Source: Octopus vulgaris (lineage: Eukaryota). Taken from it: DNA of 64,000 nucleotides. The notes below the pieces were generated by a model. It was not told where the DNA came from, made no database searches, and was given only the letters and a program-made list of their open reading frames with translations. The DNA lies in contig OX597824.1 of NCBI GenBank assembly GCA_951406725.2, positions 49,104,001-49,168,000 of the forward strand, in the 5' to 3' direction. The position numbers were made by a program, and so were the translations under genes. Position 1 is the first letter of the stretch, and each line of letters starts with the position of its first letter. This document shows, piece by piece, positions 1 to 14,289 of this stretch.

Positions 1-707
1 TTTGTTTGTTTAAAATACCAACTTAATAATGACAATTATTTTACTAAATTCATTATTTTCAAATTAATTCAAACATAGGCAATGTATTGCAACAGAAAAA
101 TAACAACAAAAGGTATAAGAAATAAATTATACAAAATTCCTAGTGAGGAACAAATGAAAACATGCAACTACACTATTATATAGCAAATACTGCTTGGTAA
201 AATTATGTTCATTCTGTTTGCTGCATTAAAGAAATATGCTATTTTGATCGCCATTTTTATATTGTTGTGCATACAACCAGGAAAGAAGAAAGAATTATTG
301 ATTTTTGAAGAAAACGTTTTAAATTAGATCCTCTTGCTTATAGAATGCCTGAAATTTTATACATGTTTTAACTGATATAAAATTAAACAGTTCATAATAA
401 TGTTTCCAATAATTTTCAGTATTTAAACTAAACATATAAAAATGTTATAAAAATACCAAATTATCTCAAACATGAAATAATTGCTGAGTAGAAAAGAAAA
501 ACACTAAATGCTAAAATAGCCTTAGATATATTCATTTGGCATATACTTATATATTAAGTATACTATACAATCCCACAAACATGGGTCAATATTTTGTTTT
601 CATTTTTACTCATCTGTAATAAACAAAAAACTTAACCCAAAGCATTTAAAACAATAGTTATTGTGTTTTTTTTATTAAACTTTATGTTCAAATGATAAAA
701 TATTTAC

Positions 708-857
708 CTTAAAAAAGGAGTCCCTGTTTTGTGGTTGTAATGTTTGAGAAAATGTACAAAATTCTTTAAGGAAAAGAACTAATTCTCTTCTTTTTTCATC
801 ATCTGTTTCATCATCAGTAAGTTGAGTGAATAAACTATTTAAGAATTTTTCATCTTC
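708..857 (-). CDS. PPP4R3: PP4 regulatory subunit 3 (SMEK) internal exon, 150 nt, phase 0/0
   Basis: The minus strand reads cag|GAAGAT...TTTAAG|gtaaat and translates [50 protein letters not shown], the segment directly following ...IVTMIQ in SMEK/PP4R3 proteins. Not in the ORF track. Confidence 0.93.
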
Positions 858-1001
858 CTGTATATCAAACCAAGAAAAAACAATTCCATCAAAATGTTTC
901 AGAGATATGAATGAATATGGTTCTCAAGAATTCTTTTAGATAACAACTGTCTTTTATTAAAACACCAAAATACTAAACCATGTAATACATAAGTTATTTA
1001 A

Positions 1002-2814
1002 CTCTTTGATACCAACCAACCTGAGAGTGCCCCCAGTTCTATGATGCAAACTTCCTTTTTTAAAGTGGTCTAAATTAAAAACTTCTATCAATACACTGAA
1101 CCGCAAAAGAAACGCAAGACATGTGTGACTGTGAAATATATTTTAATTTCATTATGTCAGAAATAAATTTTGATAAATCTGATGAAGTCAATTTCTTGGA
1201 AGCATTTTGACCACAGTCTATAAGTTGTTGTCATGCGTTCTGGTAGTGGGTGGATCCAGCACATCAAGATTGTATGGCGTGACATGTTCAATACTTTGCA
1301 TACCCTCCCTGGGTGTTCAAAACAGCCATACACCATTGGTACATGGAGTGCACGAGGCAGTTCACAAAAGCCATTGGCACCTGTGCCTACACCCTGAGGA
1401 AAGCTGCTTCCAGTTCCACACAAGCTGTCAGCCTTTGGCCCACCTGATTCATCTATCTCTGGATTTCGTCCCACAAGTGTTCAGTTGGGTTCAAATCCAG
1501 GCCGAGACCTAGCCACAGCATTAATTATCCTACTGGAACACATGGCTATGGTGACATGAAAAGGCACAATGTGAGGTCTAATGATCTGGTCAACATAACA
1601 CTGCACTGTGACACCAGTCCCTCTGCCTGCACCAACATTTTGGAATACATGGGACCCAATTTTTTGATTCAGGCCTATAAAACCCCAAACCATGATGCTT
1701 TGGCCACCCTGCACATCTCTTTTCATGACACGTGTCTCTGTAGCGTTCATCCCTCCTACACCGCACCCTCACTCTGCCATCCAAGCTGGAAACGCAGTAC
1801 CAGCTCTCTTCAGAGAAGACTATCAACTTCCATTGTTGACGCTGCCAATGTTGGTTCTGTGTAGCCCACTGTAGTTGTGCTGAATGGTGGTGGGCAGTGA
1901 GGGCAGCCCCCCGCCCCCCCTCTGAGTAGGACGACAGCAATGCAGGTTGTTGGTAGCCAGTCAATGTTGTACTATGTTGTCGTTGATGGGTTGCTGTCCA
2001 GTGCCAATGGTCTCGCGAGTTGTCATGTTGGCTGATCTAAAGACACAGAGGTGTTGCAGGTGAATGAAGCGGTCCTGCCTGGGTGTAGTCACCCAGGGGG
2101 CACCATGCGGGCATGGTTTGCAGTGCTGTTGGTGTTGTTTTATCACTGTTGCAGGCAGCCAGTTGATGACATGCCATGTCGTCACTGATGGGTCGCTCTC
2201 CCGTGCCAATGGTCTCATGAACTGTCACACTGGCCAGTCTGAAGCGATCACAGAGGTGTTACAGGTGGAGGAAGTGGTCCTGCCCAGGCACCCGGGGGGT
2301 GCCTCTGCAGGCATGGTCTGCAGTGCTATTGGTGTTCTTTTATCACTGCAGGCAATAGATGGTGCTGACATGGACATTGTAAGCTTTCACAACAGCCAGG
2401 GCATGCTGCCCTACTAGCAATTGACTGATAGTTTGTTACCTCTGTGCTGCTGACAACCGGGTCACACCTGATGCATCCAAATTACGAATGCCAGGAATGC
2501 AGTTCATGTTGATTTTTACACGCATAACCTCCACAAGATGCATTTTGGCATCTCATTTCAGGGAAAGTTGAAAGGTTACATGCAATCTGGATCTCAGCCA
2601 TAAACCAACATGTCTTGGAATATTTACACTTATATCCCTGAAATAAATTTTCAGAATTTACCATATGGAAATGACATTTGAAAAAATCAAGTTTCTTTTG
2701 TGGTTCAGTGTATTTCATGATAGTAGTTTATGTTCCACACACCAGCTTCGTAACACAATTATATTACTTAATTCTTCATTATTTTCAAAATACATTAAAA
2801 TTGTAATGAAAGGG
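1002..2814. mobile_element. piggyBac-like MITE (TTAA-flanked) split by a Tc1 insertion
   Basis: TTAA(998-1001)-CTCTTT ... AAAGGG-TTAA(2815-2818). Its right part resembles window positions 1-118 (another copy). Confidence 0.65.
1094..2710 (-). mobile_element. Tc1-like DNA transposon, full length, frameshifted transposase
   Basis: TIRs CACTGAACC(G/A)CAAAAGAAAC at both ends with TA target duplication (1092-1093, 2711-2712). Transposase fragments: TTPRQDRFI, QWKLIVFSEES, GGQSIMVWGFI, YVDQIIRPHIVP. Confidence 0.9.
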
Positions 2815-3520
2815 TTAATGGTCGTTTTCAAGGAGTATGCTTGATGTAAAAAATATAACAAATTCAAATGCCAATGATTCTGCAATAACTGCCAGATATT
2901 CTAACAACTTACAATGCAATAATATTATTCAAATATAAAGAATCCTTGGAGCTTCAAGTTTTCACTTTTGTTTGTTTTTTAATTATTTGAAGTATCAAGA
3001 ATTATTCACAATAGATGTTAGCAGTTAAAACTGAATCATCATAAAGTACACATTATTTACTTTCAGATCTAAGTGAACAGTTTTCAATAAGAGAACCAAT
3101 AAACCAATAATTCAGCATAATTCAACATTACTACTTGTTTATATAATGATTCAATAACTGTGTAATGAAGTGTTTTACATTCTAAATTATCACAATGCAA
3201 ACCTGTCCACTCTGAAAATGGGGAATGGTAAAAAAGACAGAAATTTGTAAGTCTGAAATGTTAGTTAAAAATGAAAAATTGAGAAACAAGCTTAATTAAA
3301 ATCTCCTACAACAAAATATTATTGGGGGGGGGGGGGGTGACAGCAATGTTGACAAATGTTTCTATGTTAAAGGTGAAATCATCTTCATAAGGTACAAAAC
3401 CATTATTCAAAAGTCTGTAGAAAAGTACACATAGTCTTGGAAAGATTGGTTTCTTTCCAGCACAAAGAGGAGAGAGTAACAGATTAGCCCTCTCATGTTA
3501 AAAGAATCAATACACTAAAC

Positions 3521-3671
3521 CAGTGGTTCCCAACCTGGGAGTCTGTGAACTAAATTCAAAATTTCATATATATATATACATACACACATAAGGATAAGCA
3601 ATATCCTGGAGTCCATGGGAAAACTCATTTAAATAAAAGGTCCTTAGTAGTGAAAACGTTGGGAACCACTG
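3521..3671. mobile_element. hAT-type MITE
   Basis: TIRs CAGTGGTTCCCAAC / GTTGGGAACCACTG. A related, more degenerate element spans about 57770-58225. Confidence 0.7.
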
Positions 3672-3818
3672 GGAACCATCTAAATGTTAACACCACTGAC
3701 AAATGTAAAGAAAAATATTAAAAGCAGTCATATTAATTCAAAAACCATTTGATTAACTAAGGATGAATGTAAAATAGTAAATTGAAAAGAAAAAACTGTT
3801 TAAATTGAAAATATTTAC

Positions 3819-4442
3819 CTGTATCATTGTAACAATTTCTACTTTATTGAAAAATATGAAGGAACTTAATGTTGACAAGATATTTTCTTCAAAAACTGAA
3901 GGTGTTGGTAATATCACATCCTGGATATACTGTACTCTGTAAGTTTGGTGGATTTTGTTCCGCAATTCTGTATTTGTGATGGGTATAACTTCTTTGAACC
4001 GCGATGTGTTTTGTAAGTACTCTCTATGTCTAGCTGGCTGAGATAGAGAAGAGTCATATTCTAAAATACCAACAACATCAAATATAATGTCATCAGCAAA
4101 CATGATCTCAAAAAGAGCATTTTTGTTAAGCAAAAAGATACTCTTAAAAATGTCATAAAGGTGATGTAATCCATCAATGTTATCAAGGTCCTCACACATA
4201 TGAAATAAATCTATAAGTTTTTTAATGTAATTTTCAGTTTCTATTGCTACTGAGAGTTTCTCTCGCCGTATAGGCGACGGAAGCACGTTGTTAAACAGTT
4301 CTGAGATCTCCTCGAGTTTGCTTAAATCACACGGAGGCAACTCAATAGGGGGAGCTGCATCAGGCATGTCATCAAAGCGCTCATCTTCAGATTCTTCCAC
4401 AACGTCTTGAGTTATATCCACTGAAGGATCTTTGCCCTGAAC
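3819..4442 (-). CDS. PPP4R3: PP4 regulatory subunit 3 (SMEK) internal exon, 624 nt, phase 0/0 (SMK-1/DUF625 region)
   Basis: tttcag|GTTCAG...ATACAG|gtaaat. Translates [13 protein letters not shown]...[24 protein letters not shown]...[12 protein letters not shown], hallmark PP4R3 sequence. Joins in frame to exon 708-857. Confidence 0.96.
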
Positions 4443-4746
4443 CTGAAATAAATTAAATTTGTAAGTCAAATTTTGTTTTTGTTTTTTTTTTTCATAAAAG
4501 GAGTTTAACAAAAAAAGGGCTTCATTAAAGAATAACAAAAAAAAAAAAGAAGCTCTACTACATAACATGTGCAAATTCTAAGCCTATGCTTTAATTTAAA
4601 GAACATTTAAGCAAACTTTCAAGTATTAGAAAGAGAAAATGTTGGCATATACAGAAATTTCACAAGTTTCAAATTGCATGTGTATCACAAAATACACTTA
4701 AATACTTCTTGTTAAAGTTATTTTAGTCCTCTTAACTATCTATATA

Positions 4747-5049
4747 TACTGAACAACAAAAGAAACATCGCACTGTAAAAGATTGTTTCACACACAATAT
4801 TGAGATTATATGGATTTTATTATACTTCTAAGTAATTTGACATCAGGAAGATATCACTGACCCACAACATCACTCACCTTTGAAAACAAAAGGATTGTAT
4901 GTGGGGTTTGAACTCACTCACTTTTCATGAACATGGTAATGCTTGCAAACGCATCTTTATGAAAAGCATAATACACATGCAAAACGTAGACTCATTGTTG
5001 AAAAAAATCGATAATAGGGCCCACCCAATGGATCCTTCTATCTACTACA
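4747..5049. mobile_element. Terminal fragment of a Tc1-related element
   Basis: Begins TACTGAACAACAAAAGAAAC, similar to the 1094-2710 TIR. Truncated at the mariner insertion; no partner TIR found. Confidence 0.4.
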
Positions 5050-5051
5050 TA

Positions 5052-6010
5052 CGAGGGGCATTCAATAAGTAATGCCCCTGACCCACTTCCCATAGCAGTA
5101 GAGCAACGAAACTTGAAACAGTTATTAGTCTTTTTCTACATAGGAACCACCCAGAGTTACGCATTTCTCCCATCATTTGATGCAGCTCTGGAGACCGTTT
5201 TTGTAGAAGACCCCAGTCTGGTCCACCAACCACGACGTGACTTCAGAAATCAAGACTGCATCATCTGGGAAACGCTTTCCTTTAAAAAACAACTTCATGG
5301 CTGGGAAGAGGTGAAAATCAGAGGGTGCAAGGTCAGGAAAGTAGGTGGGATGGGGGAGAGTTCATAGCCGCACGCCTGTGCTTCTGATCTGGTGACACGC
5401 GAGTTGTGGACCGGAGTGTCGTCCTGCAGGAGGAGGATGCCTTTGTTGATCTTGCCCCGCCTCTTGATTTTGATAGCTTCTCTTAATTTCCTCAAAAGTG
5501 AAGCATAATAGGCTCCTGTAATTGTGGTACCCTTTGTCAGGAAATCTGTCATCACTACTCCGTCCTGGTCCCAGAAGACTGTGAGCATGACCTTGCCAGT
5601 GGAGGCCTGCACCCTTGCCTTCTTTGGAGGAGGTGAGTCACGGTGCTTCCACTGCATTGACTGGGCTTTGGTCTCTGGATCATAGTGTTGGACCCAGGTT
5701 TCATCCTGTGTAATCAGTCTTTAGAAAAATTTTGACTCATCTTCTTGGCACATCTCCAAATTCATCCTCGAGCACTCGACACGTTCTTGCTTCTGGAAAG
5801 GTGTAAGCAACCTGGGAATCCATCTGGCAGGCATCTTTTGCATATGCAATTGGTCATGAATGATAGTTTCCACAGACCCGGTACTAATCTTGACAATAGT
5901 TTTTCTGTGAATGGCAGAAGTTATACATTTCCCAGATGCCTTCGCTAAGCAGAATGTATTTGCCACTTGACCCTTGTAATCTCTTCTCGGCCATCAGGGG
6001 CTAGAATGGA
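5052..6010 (-). mobile_element. mariner (DD34D) transposon relic, 5'-truncated
   Basis: TA-CGAGGGGCATTCAATAAG terminus. Transposase fragments ARWIPRLLT, DETWV..YDPE, KVMLTVFWD and LLQDDTPVH, with a frameshifted YSPDLAP region. Confidence 0.9.
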
Positions 6011-6149
6011 GATGACAGACCTCCAACGAAATCATTTCTTCACAACAATGTCTATCTTTCTGGCTGCTTTTCCATAGTTATAAAGACTAGAACTCCGTAA
6101 GATAAAGGCAGTTACTGAGAGCGACCATCAGTGAGTGTGAACATTACTT

Positions 6150-7420
6150 ATCCCCACAATGAATCGTCAAGTGCCCATTGGCAAAATGAATACCGCTTGT
6201 TCTTACTGCAAGGCTCTAAAATGGCCAAATGAGACTCCTTCTATATGCTGCTTCAAAGGCAGTGCGAGGCTGGACAGACTGCAAAATCCACCAGATGTAT
6301 TACTGCAGCTTCTTCTACAAGACACTCCCGATGGTATAAATTTACATCATAAAATATGGAAATGCAATGCATTCTTCGTGATGACATCATTTGGCGCAGA
6401 GGAAGAGTTCACTTGAGAAGGTCACTTTTCAACTGTCAAAATCAGGGGCCAATGCTATCATCAAGTGGGGAGCCTAATACCTTTTACTAGATGCAGATCT
6501 GAAATACCTATGTGAATAGCATGAAATCTGCTTTGGAGAGGATGGACGAGCTGCCTGATCTCAAAGTCATCCACCGAGTGCAAATTGATCATTTGGGATG
6601 AAGCGACAATGAATCATTAGGGGGGTTTTGAGGCTCTTGGCAGGTTACTTCAAGATCTGAGGCCTAACAGTACTCCTTGCAGATGACTTTCGATAAACAC
6701 TCCCAGTCATCCCAAAGGAGATGAGAGCAGATGAGGTAAATGTGAGCTATCAAATCTTCATAACTTTGGAGCAAGCTTAGAAAGTTGAAACTCACAACAA
6801 ACATGAGTGCAGTTAGGTGGTGATGCATACATGGAGAACATCTGCAGGCAATTAATGGATATTGGAAACGGTGCTGTAATTGCTGAGTAGGATAGAAAGA
6901 TTAGTTTACTCTTTGACAATTTGGTGTCAAATATATATGAACTATTGGAGAAAGTTTTCCCCAATCTGAAGATAGAATTCACAGACCATTGTTAGCTGAG
7001 AAAATGTGCAATTTTGGCACAAAAAATGTCGCAGCCAATGGCATAAACAATCATCTGGCAATCGTCGCACATACAAGTCAATTGATACTGTGCTCCACAC
7101 CAATGATGCTGTTCATTACTCTGCTGAATTCCTCAATAGCCTTGCACCTTCAGGTCTACCACCGCATAAATTTGCATCTAAAGGTTGCAGTCCCAGTTAT
7201 ACTTCTAAGAAACCTCGATCCTCCAAAGTAATGCAATGGCACAGGACTTGTCAACCACCAACAATCTCACCCTCCTCAAGCTGACAGTTAATTGGACTTT
7301 TTCATGACGGAAGATACACCTTTTGTGGCAGTTGTAATGAAATTGCTTTTATATATCAGAGTAATAAGACGTTTCAATAGAACATCTTTATTCCCAGGAA
7401 TTAGAGGGTGCACCAGCTAG
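6150..7420 (+). mobile_element. Helitron relic (Rep N-terminal Cys-rich region + PIF1 helicase C-terminus)
   Basis: IGKMNTACSYCKALKWPNET..CC..G and YKSID...EFLNSLAPSGLPPH / VILLRNLDPPK*CNGT fragments. The 3' end is ...GGGTGCACCAGCTAG at 7420. Confidence 0.85.
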
Positions 7421-7474
7421 CATATGTATATGCGTTTATATATACTTATATATATGTATATAAATGTATTTATA

Positions 7475-7528
<54 letters not shown>

Positions 7529-7548
7529 TATATAAATGTATATGTATA

Positions 7549-7585
<37 letters not shown>

Positions 7586-7588
<3 letters not shown>

Positions 7589-7862
7589 GAGGCGGAATGG
7601 CCCAGTGGTTAGGCCAGCAAACTTGTGATTTCGATTCTCAGACTGGGCGTTATGAATGTTTATTGAGCGAAAAATACCTAAAGTTCCATGAGGCTCCGGC
7701 AGGGGTAGTGGCGATCCCTGCTGTACTCTTTCGCTGCAACTTTCTCCTGTTGGCCTGCTCATTTAGCCAGTGGGGTGGCAACATTTGAAGGCTAAAACAA
7801 TGCAAAGCGCATTGTGACCAGCGATGTGTAGCAACATCTGATAGCCTGGCCGATCATGTGAT
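7586..7862 (+). mobile_element. tRNA-derived SINE
   Basis: A-box-like TGGCCCAGTGG and B-box-like TTCGATTC at the 5' end. GC-richer island embedded in (TA)n. Confidence 0.65.
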
Positions 7863-9017
7863 ATATATATATATATATATCCATATTAATAAATATAAGT
7901 ATATATTTATATATATGTATATATTTATATTTATGAATATATATTTATATTTATATATAATGTGGTGGTATGTTGTCTACTTAATGTAACAATCCCATGA
8001 AAGGCAATACTACTGCCAGTTAGCCCTAGGAAACTGTTTCCTACGGCTAAATGGCAGTAGCATTCTGTTTTATGTAACTAATTGTAGTAGTAGAATGTGT
8101 ATAAATTAGCACGAGATTATATAGTCTATATTACATAATTAGAATAAGTTGAAAATTAGATGTTTATAAAATAAATTAATTAATGAAAATAGATTAAATT
8201 ATAGAATTTTAGCTTAATTTATGTTTATTTTATTATGTATTTCACGTATTTAGTATTTAAATTATTTAGATTTTACAATTTTTCTAGTTAATAGTATATT
8301 AAAGTTAATTTTTGTATTCCTTATTCTTACAACGAAAATACATTTGTAATTTTAATAGCTTAAATACATATTTCTATCTATTTCTTCTATAAATTCTATT
8401 TACGCCATATTTTCATGTAATATATTTCTTGTATTTCTTATAAACGCTAAGTTTGACATTTTACGTTTAAATTGTTAGTTAGTTAACGAATATCCTTTGA
8501 CAAGTTATATTTTTATTTTAAGAAACATTGTTAAATGCTTTTCGATTATTTATAGTTAAAACATGTATTTTTTTATTTATTTATTGATAATTAGTGTAAG
8601 TTAAGATAAGTACATTTATTCTATTATTATTTTTTATTATTTATGAGTGACTATATTTTTAAATAGAATTAATTTTAGTCCAATTTAATTTTGAATCAAA
8701 CTGATTTTATTATTATTATCTATTTGAAAATATAGACATGAAACATGCGTAGTCTTTTCACAACTATTTACTATTTATTGTATTTTACTGATTTAAAATA
8801 AGGTTTTTTTTATAGTATATGTTTTCTATATGGTGTGAATATCATCTTTATTGAATTGTTTAATAGTGCTTTTTCCCTAAATTATATACATATATATTGT
8901 GAAATTTGATTTAAAATTGTTAAACTTAATTTTTCCCTGTAAGTTTTGGAATTATATTCCCTACTAATATTATTATATTTATATACATATATATTCATAT
9001 ATATATTTATGTATATA

Positions 9018-9770
9018 CTAGCTGACATACCCGGTAATTCCCAGGAAAGCGGGGTTTATCACTTGGTTCCATTCTCAATTATTTCCCTAACCCAGTAACA
9101 ACAATACAAAGTATATAGCCATTAAAACGGATTTTATGCATTTATTGAGAATACCGAACTGTCTTATGATCTTGTTTATAGGAATTCCAATAAGTTATGA
9201 ATACCCAAATTGTGAAGTCAGTTATGTAATAACATGAAATCAATTACCTGATAGTAAAAATTCAAATAAGGAGGCCTTGAAATGGGCTTTAATACGTTCC
9301 CAGAGTATATAGAACGCAGAAGAAAATACTAATAAGATATGTATACTAAAATCGTGAAGATTGTTACTTAACAACAGATTAAACAGATATCAGATAATAA
9401 CAATTTAAAGTAATGAAGAAAAAAGTTTTTTGCGTTCACACACAATACTACCCTCAGCAACGCTAGTGTTGGTATATTCATAAATAAGTCACTAACTGAA
9501 ATACGTGGTTCTATTGTTTAGGAAAATACTATTTACTTGTTTAAGTGTTGTACTGGACAAATTTCGAAAATAAACTCAAATACTAAGAAATAAGCATCCT
9601 CGATTTGATTTGTACGAAATAGTTTACGAACATAAAGGGGTTATTTCCCTTGGCTATGTATAAGGATGACTTTCAGAGGTGAATGGGTTATTTGCTTTGA
9701 ATGTTTTAAAACAACATATTAGTTATATGTTGTAGATATAAGAATCCCTTCCAGGGACCCTATTATACAT
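9018..9770 (-). mobile_element. Non-autonomous Helitron (3' end at 9018)
   Basis: The minus strand ends TTCCTGGGAATTACCGGGTATGTCAGCTAG|T, similar to the 3' end at 7391-7420. The 5' boundary is uncertain. Confidence 0.55.
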
Positions 9771-9926
9771 ATGTAAATATATATATATATATATATATAC
9801 ACGTATATATATAGATATACATATACGTATATAAACATATATAGATATATACATATAGATATGTATACATTTACGTATATATATATACATATATCTTTAT
9901 ATATATACATACACCTTTATATATAC

Positions 9927-10110
9927 AGCGGGTGGCACGTAAAAAGCACCCACTACACTCACGGAGTGGTTGGCGTTAGGAAGGGCATCCAGCCATAGAA
10001 ACACTGCCAGATCTAAGCCTGATGAAGCCTTCTGGCTTCACAGACCCCAGTTGAACCGTCCAACCCATGCTAGCATGGAAAACGGACTCTAAACGATGAT
10101 GATGATGATG
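9927..10110 (+). mobile_element. SINE-like repeat with (GAT)n tail
   Basis: TGGCGTTAGGAAGGGCATCCAGCC...CCATGCTAGCATGG...(GAT)n. Further copies at 13471-13656 (+), and about 59190-59350, 61190-61350 and 63650-63800 (-). Confidence 0.75.
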
Positions 10111-10431
10111 TATATAAATACATATATATATATCTTTATATATATGCATATATGTATATAAATATATATACATATATATAATTATGTACATATATGTAAT
10201 TATGTATACATAAATATATACATATATGTAATTATGTATGTATATATATATATATATATATAAATTTCTATATATACGCATATTTATATATATACATATA
10301 TATACCGTTACATACATATATATATATATATATACATATACAATATACACACACACATATATATATAAATCCTTAAATCCTTAAAAATGAGCTACACTAA
10401 TATGTGAATACACCTCTGATACGTGTCACTT

Positions 10432-11637
10432 GATCAACAAAGGAGTTTGATGCCGCTGCCCGCATCTGTGTCTCCTGTCATGAGGTAGGTTCATCTGGGA
10501 CCCCTGACAAGAAGAGATCCAGTTTAGTTTTAAAGAAACCCACATCCACACCATGCAAGTCTCTCAGGCATTCAGGGAGGATGTTAAAGAGCTGTGATCC
10601 TCTGAAACCCAAGCTGTTGCAGTATCTGGACCTGTATTTTGATGGTGATGTTGGAATCTTTGACACCATGCAGTGGCGCCCCGTTCTGCGGTTGGGGTAA
10701 CTTTGAATGCCAAAGTTTGGGACAAGACCCTCCAGGATTTTCCAGATGTATATCACTCCCGCCTTCGCTCTAGGGAGAAGAGGTTTAATACTTTCAGTCT
10801 TTCCCAGTAGCTGATATTTTGCATTGAGACGATCTTCTTTGTGTAGCTTCTTTGAATTGCTTTGAGTTCTGCTGTTAGTTTTATATTGTGTGGTGACCAT
10901 AGTTGGGAGCAGTAGTTCAAGCGGCTGAGGACGAGTGTTTTCCAGAGGACCATCAGTGTCTCCTTCTCTCTTGTTCTGAAAGTTCGGAGAATCCATCCAG
11001 CTAGCTGTCTGCATTTTATCACCAGATTAGTAATATGCACTTGGAAAGATGAATCATTGCTCATGTCAATGCCCAGGTCACGCACTGATTTTGACTCAGG
11101 GATTGCAATTCTTCCTGGGCCAGTGCATCCAGTCTGCACGTCGTTTACCTTTGTGTGCCAGTAGCGTAGGGCCTGGAACTTAACTGCATTAGACTGCATG
11201 TTGTTGTCCTCAGCCCACCTGTATATTGTATCCAACTCCTGTTGCAGATGCGCAATATTTTCAGGGTTTTGTATTGTGTGGGAGACTTTTGTGTCATTTG
11301 CATAGCTAGCAAGGGTGGCCATCGTAGCAACTGAGGGCATGTCTGAAAGGGCCACTATGAACAGCAGTGGCCGCAAGACCAGTGTCCTGTGGAACACCGG
11401 TCATTATTTGTGCTTCCTGGGAGGTGGCTCCATTGGTCACAACTACCTGTCTTCTATCTTTTAGGAAGTTGTGCAGCCACTCTCGAAGTTTTCCGCCTAT
11501 GCCGAGACCACGCAGTTTGTGACAAATCATACCGTGGTCGACTTTATCAAAGGATTTTGCAAAGACGAGATATATTACATCCACATTTGAGCCATTTAGT
11601 AGCTGTTTTAACACCCAGTTATAGTGTTGCAGAAGCT
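10432..11637 (-). mobile_element. CR1-type LINE, 5'-truncated, frameshifted RT
   Basis: [26 protein letters not shown] and YWERLK motifs. Diverged relative of 21140-23552. Confidence 0.9.
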
Positions 11638-13275
<1,638 letters not shown>

Positions 13276-14014
13276 ACCCATGCTAGCATGGAAAACGGAC
13301 GCTAAACGATATATACATACATATATAAATACATACATATATATATACATACATATATACACATACATATATATATATATACATACATATATATATATAT
13401 ATATACATACATATATACATATATGCATACATGCATATATAAATATATACATACATATATATACATTCATGCCGGTGGCACGTAAAAAGCACCCAGTACA
13501 CTCATGGAGTGGTTGGCGTTAGAAAGGGCATCCAGCCGTAGAAACATTGCCAGATCAAACCGGGCCTGGTGCAGCCTTCTGGCTTCCCAGACCCCAGATG
13601 AACCGTCCAACCTATGCTAGCATGGAAAGCGGACATTAAATGATGATGATGATGATTAATATAAGGGGAAAGTAGGAAGTAAAATAAGAGAAAATGCACA
13701 TTGGAAATCAAAAAAGTAAAGGCTTTTTATGAAAAGTAACGAGAGATATATACAATTAGATGAACTGAGGTAAGAATAAAAGTCATTAGTGTGAATTGTT
13801 AAAGAGATTCAAAAGCATACTGGTTTTGTGAATTTACTAATCATTGCTTTGAATGCACATTGATTAATGAATGGTGTCAGATCTACTAGTCCCTGAGAAA
13901 ACGATTATGTGTAAGGGAGGTAAGTGGTTCTGGATTTGGTGCAATTAGGGTAGATATAGATCTGTAATGTGAATGGTGTATGGGATGTATGGGGGTTAGT
14001 GGTATTAATTGAAA

Positions 14015-14244
14015 GGCGGCGAGCTGGCAGAAACGTTAGCACGCCGGGCGAGATGCTTAGCGGTATTTCGTCTGCGTTACGTTGTGAGTTCAAATTCCGC
14101 CGAGGTCGACTTTGCCTTTCATCCTTTCGGGGTCGATAAATTAAGTACCAGTTACGCACTGGGGTCGATGTAATCGACTTAATACCTATGTCTGTCCTTG
14201 TTTGTCCCCTCTGTGTTTAGCCCCTTGTGGGTAATAAAGAAATA
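14015..14244 (+). mobile_element. tRNA-derived SINE with a Meta-SINE-like central domain and 16-bp TSD
   Basis: GGCGAGCTGG / GTTCAAATTCC boxes and GCCTTTCATCCTTTCGGGGTCGATAAA core. TSD GGTATTAATTGAAAGG at 14001-14016 and 14245-14260. Other copies at 44152-44352(-), 45438-45648, 45668-45832, 47926-48120, 52714-52893(-), 57465-57665(-), 57877-58103 and 58800-59010(-). Confidence 0.85.
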
Positions 14245-14289
14245 GGTATTAATTGAAAGGTTAGTAGTGTTCTGTATTATGTTATGTGT

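Noticed and set aside
3753-4574. 273-aa ORF as a complete single-exon gene
   Set aside because: The ends are intronic; canonical splice sites delimit the real exon at 3819-4442.
10019-10042. CTGATGA followed by a hairpin (possible hammerhead)
   Set aside because: No GAAA follows, and the homologous SINE copy at about 13566 reads CTGGTGC.
14015-14100. tRNA genes at SINE heads
   Set aside because: A/B boxes are present but there is no complete cloverleaf; each continues into a SINE body, some with a TSD.
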